Positions 52,469 through 64,000 of a DNA stretch of 64,000 nucleotides are shown here, one piece after another (the stretch's first letter is position 1; each line of letters starts with the position of its first letter). The notes beneath the pieces are model-generated. The model was not told where the DNA came from. It did not search any database and worked only from the letters and a program-made list of their open reading frames with translations. Source of the DNA: Raillietiella orientalis (lineage: Eukaryota); the NCBI GenBank assembly GCA_036172245.1, contig JAYWIR010000037.1, positions 186,001 through 250,000 of the forward strand. The letters run 5' to 3'. The translations under genes were made by a program, and so were the position numbers.

Positions 52469-52526
52469 ACTGATGAAGAAATAACGAACTTGGTATTCTC
52501 CATAAGTTCGTTATTTCTTCATCAGT
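52469..52526. repeat. Perfect 23-bp inverted repeat, 12-nt spacer
   Basis: actgatgaagaaataacgaactt-ggtattctccat-aagttcgttatttcttcatcagt. Confidence 0.9.
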
Positions 52527-53144
52527 CCTCATTGCGCAAAACATGATTTTTTTTTTTTTTTTCTTTATGAAGTGGAATCAATGGTATCTTCAACTTGGGT
52601 TTATACTGTTCACAACTGTATTTATTTCCTTTAAACTCGATGCATGAGTGGAGGTAATCCGTAAGGTCCATTACCATCCGTAAAGTCTACTGCGAACCCA
52701 ATTGGACGGATGTTCACGTGGAGGAACGAATTTTTTTCAATGATGTCAGTTCATCTCTAGAATCACACTGCAGTGAAGGGTTTACAAGTATCATGCATTT
52801 TGCCAATAAAGGGATTTCGGAAAATCCTGTGGTCACTTTTTGAAATGTTTTTATCACGGCCAGTGAGAAGTAAGACTTTCGTGGGGAGATTTCTCAATCG
52901 GCACGATTCAGTTATTTGCTGCATAATCTCACTGTAATCACTGAAGGTTTTCCAATTCGAAAGAGGTGATGATTTGGTGAGACGGTATCATGAAATGGTT
53001 TTGTAGATTTTAAATTACGTGGTAAGGCCGTAGATCAGTCTTGACCTCTGTCGAACTGGCACAGAACATGAAGTCTGCACATGCCCTAGCTATTTTCTCC
53101 ACCAGCCCACTGTTTTCACAAGTTTGTCACGTAAAGCGTAAGAT

Positions 53145-53205
53145 GTGACGTTTCATTGATGATATGACTGCCCAATATATCAATCTTAATGCAATGAAAC
53201 GTCAC
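53145..53205. repeat. 14-bp perfect inverted repeat
   Basis: gtgacgtttcattg (53145-53158) ... caatgaaacgtcac (53192-53205). Confidence 0.8.
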
Positions 53206-53352
53206 GCTCTGCTATCAAATTTTACAGCTTTTTTTCCTACAGTCATTCGTTGGGCTGAACACTAGACATCGAAGTTTTCAATAACCTTCCTTGAAAGTAG
53301 CTCGAATTTGTGGACATTCAACAGCAGCGAAGCCTTTTCTTCAAATGTTTTG

Positions 53353-53399
53353 CATTAATAATACTTCTGCTCGGCAAATCATTTGTGCTGTAGATGCAT
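53353..53399 (+). repeat. Left copy of the 47-bp direct repeat flanking the retrotransposon (putative target-site duplication)
   Basis: cattaataatacttctgctcggcaaatcatttgtgctgtagatgcat; 43/47 identical to 55900-55946. Confidence 0.85.
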
Positions 53400-55899
53400 T
53401 TGTTTTAATACTTACGTTTACAATTTAACACTGCGTCACAGGAGGAGCTCTCCACATTCTTCCGAGATTCCTCGTCTATCCATCCGGGGCGTTCGTTGTC
53501 CTTCATTTTGTTGCTCACTCAGCTTCTTGTCCTTCGTCCCCCGAGAGCCGACCGCTGGGATTCTCTGGCTGTATCAGAGTTTGGGTCTCACGTGTTATTC
53601 CTCCCGTAATGTGAGCTGCGTAGATGTCCCCGGAGTGCCGGATGCGCAAGACCATCATTCGGTGCCTCATCCTCTCCGAGCCCTTTTCAGGAACTCCAGG
53701 ATCATGCAGCACTTCCTCGTTATCCGGGTCCCCAGGCTCCCAGTGAACCAACGATAAGAGCATGAACCCTGCATTGCATCCCTTCCTTGCTTAGCTGGAG
53801 GGTCACTTCCTTATATTTTTCCAGCTTGTTCCTCTTAGATGTGCTGAACGCCTCTTTTCCACCTCAAAAGGGCAGCAGGTATCCAGCCCTAGTATTCGAT
53901 TTCCTTTCTTCAGTACAAGGTATGGTCGCAAGGGGGATTCCGTTCCTGGAGCTATCTGGCTGGTTGCCACTGGGATCCACTTTGCTTCAACGACCGTGAC
54001 CACCCTGATCAGTTCCTGGATTGAGTTGCATTGCGTAGTGAACGGATGAAAGTTGCATCTCTTGCATTGGTTTAAGATATGAGGCAACGTTTCGTCTTTC
54101 GTCCGGCAGCGCCGACATGTGCGATCCTCTGGTTTCACCCTGGTCCCGGCCTTCATTGGTGGAACGTTTAACCGAGCTGTGTGGATGAATCTGTGATGCT
54201 GGAACCACAGGTACTCTCATTTCGTGAGGAAGAAACTTGACGCTTGATGCAAGCTCACACACTGTTTGGCTCTCCCTTGGCTAAGGTGCTCTTGAACGAG
54301 AGATTGCCACGCTTGCTCTCGCTGCAATGTTTTCACGCCGGAGGTAAACTGCCTCCTCATGCTGCTGCTGAAGATGACGCCGTCAACTGCTATGTTAGAC
54401 TCCCCATCAGTAAATTTCCAGTGGACTTTTGTTCTTCTCGAGGCTCTTCTTCCTTTGGACCATACGCTCTCCATGTCCCTACTAAGCTGTGCGAATTTTC
54501 CGAGAAAGTGCCCGTCGTGAATTCTCCGAGATCCTCATCTTGGTGGTTCCAGGGTTCTATTTTGGACCACTTCTTTAAGTATCTCTTGGACCAATCTCTT
54601 CACTGCATTGTCTAGGGGGGAGGTGAGTAATTTGAAGCAGCTGCCAATGATGAACAATGTCTAATTCATTGGCCAGCTTCGTCAGCCCCAGACAGCCTTT
54701 CCTTCTCTCTCCATACAGATATTCATTTGTTGCCCAGGACGGCAGATGCAGAGTTTTCTTCGCTCTCCGTAGAAATTCTTCATCTATGTACTACCATTCC
54801 TCCTTTTGATGGGTTGCCAGCTTCTCGTAGTGGACGAGGCAGGGGAAGAAGAAGGTCTTCATGCCATCCATTTTCTGCCATCCCGATAGTCCACTATTTA
54901 AGATGGCACTTGCCTTCTGGTAGATTACTTCTTTTGAAGGACCTTCGAGTTGAATACCTTGATCCCGAAGGGTTTTTCTAGGTATTTCCCTTGGTCCTTT
55001 CGGGGATTTTCCGATGTATTGCAAAGAGGCGCACTCGCCGGATAAATGGATAAGCCCGATCGATCCACCAATGCGTGAAAGTGAGCTACTTTAGCTTTTA
55101 ATTCTTCCTCGTCCTTAGCTAGGAAGACGACGCCTTCGGCGTATGCTAGGATTGCATCTTCCCCATAGTTTCCTCTCATTGAGCAAAGGATAGGCTCGAT
55201 TGCAATGAGGAAGAGGATTGAGCTCAGTGATCAGCCCTGCTTCACTCCTCGCCGCAAGGAGATTCTTGCTGATGCTGATTCTAGTTGAATGTATAAGTGG
55301 AGCTTCCAGACTAGATGTCCTGAATAAGGCTGATGAATTCGCTGCCTGCCCCTGCCTCCTTCAGTGTTCCCAGGATCATCCCGTAGGAAACTGCCCCCAA
55401 GGCGTTCTCGAAGTCTGTGAAGACTGAGCAAAAATCCCAAGGCTAGCGACGAGCAGATTCCAGTCTCGTCTGGAGAACGAAGTTCTGCTCAAGCACCCCG
55501 TCGAAGGGTAGGAAGCCCTTCTGTTGAGCGCTAATCACTCCGTTCTCCATGATCCAATTTCTGAGTCTGTAGGCCAGGCAATTGGCATACAGCCTGTACA
55601 CGCTGTTTCGGTTGGTTATTGGTCTCCAGTCGGATATGTCCCCGGCTGCGAAGGGGTTCTTTGCTTGCTATGAGTACAGTTCTGGTGCACTTCCACTCCC
55701 ACGAAACTTTCTCAATAGGCTGAACATTACCGTCACGCTTTCACGCTTCTCCAGCCAGAGTACGTGATTCCGTCCGCTCCATGGGAGGAGTTTCCGGCAT
55801 GGCGCAGTGTTGCCGCCACTTCCTACTGTGTAAATGGAGATAAATCTAGGGGGGATGTTTCCTTGTTTTCTTCCAGCAGTATCTTCTCTGAGAGTTCTC
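53400..55899 (-). mobile_element. 5'-truncated, inactivated RLE-clade non-LTR retrotransposon (Utopia/NeSL/R2 group; RT + CCHC knuckle + restriction-like endonuclease)
   Basis: Minus-strand fragments: QQKGFLPFDGVLEQNFVL; DFENALGAV; RRGVKQG*SLSSILFLIAIEPIL; LAYAEGVVFLA (mutated YADD); SVWSKGRRASRR; CRRCRTKDETLPHILNQC; LRPYLVL...LDTCCPFE (mutated PD..D); SGDIYAAHITG. ATTAAA and an A-rich 3' end at ~53400-53410. Confidence 0.9.
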
Positions 55900-55946
55900 C
55901 ATCAATAATACTTCTGCTCAGCACATCATTTGTGCTGTAGGTGCAT
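55900..55946 (+). repeat. Right copy of the 47-bp direct repeat (putative target-site duplication)
   Basis: catcaataatacttctgctcagcacatcatttgtgctgtaggtgcat. Confidence 0.85.
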
Positions 55947-58900
55947 CAGTTGCACAGTGCTTTCACAGTAGTTGAACGAATTTTTCAACCGTCCATCATC
56001 ATGTTATTTTTGATGGAGTTGGATATATCGTTTTCCATCTGACTTGAACACTAATTACTTCGTTGCGAATTCCTATTTTTTTTCTGTACAGAAAGTACTG
56101 TTTTGTCCATACGCATCGGAAGTTGGTGTTGAGCTCAATGATTTATTTCAAGAAATTGGCTGGTTTTATGTAAAGCTTAGAAACTGAGAGTAAATCGAAA
56201 CATCTGCTTTAGATAACCCTTCAGATTTATGCATACAGTTTTTCTGTAGAGGATTGGGCACAAAATATGCTTGCTTCTTTATCTTCTAGCATTGTTATAC
56301 TTCTTAAAAAGCTGTTGTAACCGTAGAATACAATGCTGTAAGTTTAGTCACGTTAGTATTTGGTTTTAAAGGGATTTGAAAGTTCGTAGATTCACTTGGA
56401 ACATGACGACCAATTGTGGTAATTTTGCTACTCGTTTTAGGTGGCTTACATTTAAAAAATGTAAAAAAGGAGCTGAGGAAATCGATATCTCGAAGCGCAT
56501 CGGATCGGGGCTTTGTGAATTGCGAACAAACATATAGGAAGTGTTCTTGTTTTTAATTTTTTCGTTTCATCAGACTTCATAAGCGTATTTTAAGTGATCC
56601 GGAGAGTAATCTATGAGTTCTTTGTCCTCACACTAGGAACCTCTATTTCATTACTTTCAGCTGAGTCATACTCAGCAACAGTCTTGCTCAAACAAAACGC
56701 ACCAAATGTAGAAGTTCGGGATAGTGAACTCTGTACACTCTATACTCTATATACTGATACTGAACTCTATATAGTGACTCTAGAAACTCTATACCCGATC
56801 TTCCTCTCCTTTGCCCAAAGTGTTTAAGACATTGAGAAAAAGATATGCAGTCGTAGTCTATCTTGTCTCACCCATGCAACGGCAACGTGTTGCCTCAATA
56901 TCCTTTTCCTCGTGTTTAGCTTATGCGAACCAGATTCTTGTTCTGCAGGTCTTCAAGAATCTGCAATAAGCATTGTGCAGTAACACTTCCATAAGGCGAG
57001 ACTATGAGATTCTCCCTTATGATTAAGGTAGCCACATATATTGGACACTTGAGTTAACGGAACAGGCTTCACATGTCTCTATGAGCTGCTTTCCTCCGGT
57101 GCCCTTATCTCTGTGCTCCTGCAGGAGCGAAAGAGATACGGGCACCGTTCGATGCCGCTTCTCAAAATAAAGTTTGAATTTACATTTCGAAATTTTGTGA
57201 ATTTGAATCGCCCCTCATATCTCCGGAACAGTCAGTTGGGAGTTAGACAGAGTTCCATGAGATGTTCTTGTCTCTGCTACAAAAATCATTACTAGCTGTG
57301 TTCCGGATGAATGCAGGTATTCCACGCCACACTCCCGCAACTTTGGACCGAATTACTATTGAGCTCATGAAAAGCTCAACTACTAGGAAGTTATCAGCTT
57401 TCAGGATCCAATACTGTTGTTTCTGTTCCCTCCCCCTCTGCAGTTTGTTCGATTAGATTTCTCCCTTCCATCCTCGCTCTCTGCTTCTTACCTTCGTTTT
57501 GCAGACTCAAAGAGCATCCGGAATCTAGGAAAGAGGCAGCAATGCTGGAAAAGTAAGATACTCGGTTTCTTTGCACTGATGGGTTCCTCCGAACATCACC
57601 ATCCCAGCGGTCTCTCGAGTGCTTGAAATGAACTGAAAGCCTCCTCACCGAGTTTCCCTTTCTTTAGACTCTTGGTCGCCAACGTAGCCAAGAGTCCTGG
57701 ACTTCCGCTGATGCTTTACTTGCAGCCTCAAGAACAATGTATAACTTGGGAACACAGCTCGTGCTCTCCATGGTAACGTGATCAGTGTGGAAGGGAAATC
57801 TGTCCATCCCTTCAGAGGGAGCAGATCCGTCTTACAGAAGCCTTCGCACTCGGAAGTTTTGTCCTGGTAGGTCTTAATCCAAGTGTCGCGGATATTATGT
57901 CCCTTCATATCGTCCCACAGTCCTTTTCTGGTAACCGACGTTGATTTCAGACAGTTTAGTGCAGCGCGCCTCATATCCTTCCTTATGGGGAATGCGTACG
58001 CTGTAGAGCACCCAAGCATCAAAAGATGCTGAGTGGAAAGAAACGTGGTTCTGCTACTCTGCCAAGTATTTGCTCTATTTGAGAGACGCTTCACTTCTCA
58101 CTTCGCTTTACTCTCCAAGTACGCAGTACCATTCTAGTACGGTTGTAATAACTTAAGAACTGCTGCTCTTAGTCCAAGATTGTTCCACTGGCAGTCCTTG
58201 GTTGTAATCCAATTTCATCTTGAGCCCTCGCTTTCAGTAGGGCTTTCTCGATGGCTTTGCATACAGAGTAGGCCAGCCGAAGAGAATCTTCACCTAGTTG
58301 CCGGGAAGGCCAAATGACGAATAACCTGCTGCGGGAAGCTGCTACTCTAGGCTTCTCGCAAATGAATGGTCCATGACCCATTTCTTTCCCAAATAGGCTC
58401 GGGAAATCAGAGCTGCTGGTACACCAGCCGATATATCCGCCAGAATCCAATAGGTTCCTCCTGTGTGAGTCATGCTAGTTGATGGTATTCGAGATGAAGG
58501 TTAAGAGGGGGAAGGGGGGGGGGAGCCATATAGGACGAAGACTTTCGCGTGAATGATGAAATACAGAAACCACGAGCACGCTAGCAACGAAATCGAGAGT
58601 TGCTACTGGTCTTGAGGGGTGAATACTCTGGAGCTAAAACCGCCTCAGAATACAATTGAGAGCATGGTCGGTGGGACACTATGCATACAGCAGGTATTGA
58701 GGATTTGAACAAAAGACCTTTTAGGTGAATCTTTTTGTTCAGCAGAAATGTGATGCCAACACCGTGAAGTATAATCACGGTATCCAGATACCACGGGAAA
58801 CCTTCGCATTTGTCAGTAAAACGCGATAAGTGTTAGAGTGCACGAGAAGAAGGGCAACCACGGAACATAAAATGCAAAGACAATTAAATGCAATTGCTTC

Positions 58901-59329
58901 ACGATCTTAGACCAACACATCTGCCAACTAAGAAAAAGAAAAAAGCTTTTTTGACGAGTGATCAGGAATGGAGATAGTTCTAGCAAAACCATCCACTTTG
59001 TATCACACATAATTTTGTTCACATAGCTCCTTTCTGCTCACTTCCAAATAAATGCTGACAAAGAATTGGTGTTTTTGTTATGTGGGTTTTGTTGTTCTCC
59101 CTTCACATGAAACTTGCTGATGAACTGGTGAATTCTACATGACAGACTGACGTTACTTAGGGCAAAAATTCAGTGATCCTGTCGTTGTTAACGTGATTTT
59201 GCTAATTTTGGGAATTAATTAAAAAAGTCGACACAGATTCAAAAATATAACTTCATTTAACTCATCCTTTCAGCATGAAATGATCTGCTCCCTTATGAGT
59301 ACAATTACAAAACAATTTTCATATTGTAA

Positions 59330-61649
59330 TTATGAACCATGGGCTCGCAGTTTTCTTCTTTTAGATTCCATCCTTTTTTTCCTCTTCACTGGTGGTTTGC
59401 GTTTGGATTTGGACTTCATATGAAGTGGCTCCTTGGTAAATTTCCCCATGGAAGCTGTGGATATTTTGGCTTTTGATGCTGACAGCATCAACTAATGAAA
59501 ACTTGAAATTTATGTCATAAGTCAAAAAACAAACCTGAGAAGTTGAGGGAGTGCTTGTTGGAATTATTCCCAACTTGGGTGTCTTAATGTTGGTTTGACG
59601 AGCAATATTTTGCAATCTTCGCAACTCATTTTTTGCGATTCTTTCTTTCTTGACAGCAGTCTCTTTGGAAAAGGCATCTACATATGGATCAGCATGATCT
59701 GGGATTTCTATAACCCAGTTTTTCATTTTCTCAGATTTAGTTTTCTTATAACCCCATCTTGGAACCCATTTCTATGAAAGAGAATAAAAAAATTATGGCA
59801 CAAAATTTAAACCTTTTTGACTGCTGTTAAAAACTATGAAAGATAATATATTCAAATAATAATTCAGTTGATGCAGCGTATTTTTAAAATACCGATATTA
59901 TAACAAAACTGCATTTTTCACACATAATTTTTTAGCTGCTGATACAGAGAATTCGCATATTTTCCTTTTTTTTTCTGTGCTGTTTTACACAACGCTCCTT
60001 AGTTAGTTATCTCCATATTACAAATTGATAAAATTGTTAAAAAAAAAGCCAGACACACCTTCAATAACCATACCATGGTTAAATTCCATGAATGTGTTTC
60101 TACAACATGACTATTTTGAAAACAAAATAAGACACTACAAAACAATCTAGATTAAATAGAATTAATGTGCTTATAAGCAGCACTATCATTACTCAAACAA
60201 AGAATATGGAATATTATGGAAAATCATTCCAAAAACTTGTTTATTTTTAACTGAAATGATCAAAAGATCACAAAAAACCTTACCTTTAGACTTTCATCCC
60301 AAACACTTTTGTTTTTCTTTCGCTTGGAGATACCTTTTTCTCTGGCAAATTTCTCCCATCTTGTAAGAGATTTTTGTTTGGGAACAGGTTTCTCCCTAGG
60401 TAATTTTAAGGAAGTTTTTGGTAATTTCACAACAATAACATCCTCAACACCATGTCTAGGCAGTCTCCAAACTGTATTTATAAGTTCCTGTACAGTGCTT
60501 TTTGAAATTTCTTGAATATATCTCTCTTTGTTGTTTCTGCAAGTATTTTCATTCAAAATACTGAACTTTTTTCATGCTTACATTTTTTGTACATTTATAA
60601 ATGATTCCAATAACTGTATGAAAATATAAGTGAGTTACAATTAAGGAAGTTCGTATTAAATCAAGATGTTTTAGATAATCCTCAGTCACTAACGACAAAT
60701 ATACACTGCCTGTGCATTTACTTTGAATAGAAAGCTCCACAGATAATTCTACTAATATCTAAAAATGATTAATATTCTGAAAATAATTAATATCCAAATA
60801 TCTGAAATAATGAAGCACAAATTTGATTTCACAGTCACAAATTAATTTTCTTATAGCTTCTTTGAAAAAGAATTAACATATATGGCCAATAACAGTTCTG
60901 CAAAAATGAATACTTAGAAATCAACAAGCTTTCACGTGTTAAGTACCTTCAACGAGATGCAAGTTAAAAGAACACACTATGATCAATGTAATGTTAAGAC
61001 AAAAATCTGACCATGTACTAATTTTCAAGAAATCATTTACTTTTAAGGAACCTGCTAAATAATGAGAATTTTTGTTTTTGTTATTTAAGATGACTCCTTA
61101 TTCCAGCATTCATTTACCTCACTAAACACAGTTGGGCAAAGCACCGACCTGGATTGAAAAATTTAGCTATTGAAGGTTAATCAGAAGTGTTTCATTAAGT
61201 AAAATATACTTCTGTGATTTATAAAACGGCAAATGGCGGATACTGGAGGGAAAGGTACATACTTTATTCTTCATTTCCCAAACTTATAAACTAAAGACAA
61301 AGTGGGATAATCTATTCGATTTGCTAATGCAGGCACACCTACGCATGACATCAACTACAACAAACATAAACCATCATGTAATTACAGTATTCGTTGATAA
61401 TGTTACAACAAAACTGATAAGTAACTCTGATTTTAAGATATACTATCCTCAGTCTCTCGGCAGATCACAAGAGTTGCAAATTATCAAGCGATGAAAGAAT
61501 TCACAAAAATCTCACCTAAATTTCACCGGATGTACAACGTTGTAATCAGTGCAAGTTAAATTCCCAAGATCATATATGACTGGTATATCTCTCTCAGAAA
61601 TCACTGCATCATCTTCAAATTTTTGATTTGTTGCCGTGTGAGAAAACAT
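59330..61649 (-). CDS. RRS1: Ribosome biogenesis regulatory protein RRS1, ~261 aa; exons 61649-61516, 60536-60284, 59771-59535, 59491-59330
   Basis: Motifs YDLGNL, LPREKPVPKQKSLTRWEKFAREKGISKRKK, KWVPRWGYK, WVIEIP, KKERIAKNELRRLQNI and STASMGKF. GT-AG junctions give a 786-nt open frame. Confidence 0.95.
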
Positions 61650-64000
61650 TTGAACGATGCTACTGAAGACATAGACTCGAAAATTCCAATCCAGAAACAA
61701 AATTGCATTTACAGGTTACTAAGTTTTGGAGAAATCTTATTAAAGAAATTTTGACGGAACTTAGTTTAGCTACTTCGCCTTGACATTTTCGCTCACACAT
61801 TGCGATACATCCAGCAGTTGTCATGCCCCAGAGTTACCACCACAATCAGTTCCAACCTCCACAATTTTCAAAAATCTAAGACATTTCCAGAAAGGTAGAC
61901 GATAAATAGTATTTTATTTAAACTCTTTATAGTTTATATAAGTATATTATTCATCCAATTAAATTTAGCTTATACACATATTGGAGGAGTACTTAATAAT
62001 CACACAAAAAGAGCAACAGTCACTAGCATATTATATGCAATTCTGCACACATTTAATGATTTCAAGAAAATTCCATTCATACAGTGTGTGAGGCGGTTGA
62101 GAAAACATTTTGTCATGTGTAGAGCTCAAAACTATTCTTGCTAAGAAAGATCATGGAAAAAAAGGAAAATAAATGCTGTTTCAATTAGAAATAAAACACA
62201 ATCCTGCAAATAGTGAATACAACTTTACTGATTTTGTGGTTCTTGCAGCGGACTACATTCATATATCGAACATCACCAGAATCTTCTCCTTGCCGCACTT
62301 TTTAATCCAATTATATTTTTGACAAGCACGGAACATACAGTCCATCCTGCGAGCCATCTTATATTCTAATGAGCTATTAGAAACTCCCATACTTTCATAT
62401 ATCTGCCAACATTTTCGCTTGATTTCAGTCTTATTATCTGTATATTCTGGACTTTATTTGATGTCCTGCATTTTTTCCCTTCCTATAAGAGTATATAAGA
62501 CAGAGAAATCTTGGGAATAAAAGTTCATGATTTCAGAAATTTATGTCTTGGGTCTATAAAATTCTATCTGAAGTGGGAGGGGTGGAAGTAAAATGGCTCT
62601 TCCCTTCTGCTTGTTACTCTTGTCAGTCGTTCTTTGTGACAAAGAACCGGAAATAAGGACTCAAGTATTTTACAATATCCTTGTAAAATACCGAAAACAC
62701 ACAGTCAATTGAGACAATAGCATAATCGATAAGAGTGTTTGGAACTAACAGCTTGTACGGATAATCAAGAAAATTCCCTTAGAGCTACTTTGTCTTCATA
62801 CTATTCATGCAAATGCATCTACTGGGCTGTAATAAAGATACAATTGTGCAGAAAAAAAGTATCGAGAGGATACCCTTAAGACACCCTGAAGCACGAATTT
62901 CTTGCCTACTAGCGTGTCGCCTGTTTTCTAGGGTCTACAGTGGTACTGAAGCACACACAAAAAGAAACTAAAATAAACAGAAAAAAATTAAAAATTCAAC
63001 AGGGAGGTTGTTCATTGGAGATTCTTATGTCTCGTTTGGAAACGCCTTGAAGTTGCCCCACTTCGCCCTGAGTACACCTTCAAGGAACCGCTGCTTCACG
63101 CGTGACGGGTTTTCACCTGCGATCCGGATGCTACACTGTTTCAGGAGGATCATGGCATCTCAATACACAAAGGAAGCGCGTCAGCAAGAACTGATGGCCA
63201 TGTTTTGCCTGAGTGGAGACGAGCGCATGGAGATGGAATATTCTAGAAGAACGAGAGAAGGAGTATGCCTCCTGCATCTTACGTAGGTTGCAGAAGTCGC
63301 AGAGACTTTAACCCATGGCTTCTTTCCTTGCGTCCCTCCCTTTTTTTTTTTTGTTGCCCTCCCCTGTCCCTTTGGGTAGCCAACTTGAGAGTCTGTGGTT
63401 TTTTCCCACTTCACGAAGCCGGAAATTCTCGTAGGACCTAATATCCTACTTGGTTGATTAATTTTCTCTGGGAAATAAAGGATTTCTGTCATCAGATGAC
63501 TATGGTGGCGGCACGTGTTATTTTGGTAAACCCAATGTAAAAGAGTGCTGCAATTCCTTGGCACCTCAAGAGATCATCGCACTATCAATGCATGCTGGAG
63601 AGGTCACTAAATCTTCGGAAGGTATTCATAGAAGCTACTCAATGTTGTACTTGGGAATGAGCTCCTGAGGTTTCACACTCGGCAAACTCTTGAGAAGACC
63701 AACTGCCACTTATTCCTGGAGTAAGTTGGGTTGTGAAGCAGTAAAATATATATACATAGACGACATGATGGCACGTGGATTATCAAGAATTTGCCTTAAG
63801 GATAAGTAGACATGTTCTTAACCTTATTCACAATCCACATGGTCAGTATCTTAAGTATACCAAATATTAAAGTTTTCAAATTACCAACTTGAAACACCGA
63901 TAAACTCGCAAATAACTGTATCTATCTAAAAAGAGAGTACCATTGCTATAACGCAGTATTTCACAATGGGCGATATCGATGGCTTAAGCAGTTCCAGTAT

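Larger units (their letters stand above)
51550..56330 (-). mobile_element. Possible heavily decayed hAT (Buster/Charlie/SPIN-like) transposase remnant, interrupted by the retrotransposon
   Basis: Weak by-eye fragments in roughly the expected order on the minus strand: YIKPANFLK, KQYFLYRK, GRLKNSFNYCES, then past the insertion LSRKVI, PLHIKTL* and YRKIFDQLNSKL. Many stops and frameshifts; no convincing TIRs. Confidence 0.22.

Noticed and set aside
1..64000. CRISPR arrays, prokaryotic operons, rRNA or snRNA genes, telomeric arrays
   Set aside because: No repeat-spacer periodicity or conserved RNA-gene sequence seen; the spliceosomal introns show this is eukaryotic nuclear DNA.

Overview
Eukaryotic genomic DNA, most likely from an arthropod or other ecdysozoan with a compact genome and very short (37-60 nt) GT-AG introns. 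Four spliced protein-coding genes are supported. (1) A compact NBR1-like FW+UBA gene (+, 223-1565). (2) A 22-exon Na+-coupled bicarbonate transporter of the SLC4/Ndae1 type (+, 17461-30244), with several candidate alternative 5' exons inside and just after a ~10 kb GC-rich island. (3) An inositol-trisphosphate 3-kinase (-, 33844-35146, 5' end unresolved). (4) RRS1 (-, 59330-61649). A dead, 5'-truncated RLE-type non-LTR retrotransposon (Utopia/NeSL/R2-like; -, 53400-55899) is bracketed by a 47-bp imperfect direct repeat and may sit in an older hAT-like remnant. Composition is strongly bimodal: AT-rich, CpG-poor housekeeping genes versus GC-rich, CpG-rich islands. Leads worth testing are an in-frame TGA in a candidate SLC4 first exon, a gene-free GC island with possible spliced non-coding exons (38.7-48.3 kb), several long inverted repeats, and decayed coding-like tracts of unknown, possibly viral, origin. 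All family assignments come from remembered motifs; no search was run. I cannot establish a new biological system from sequence alone.
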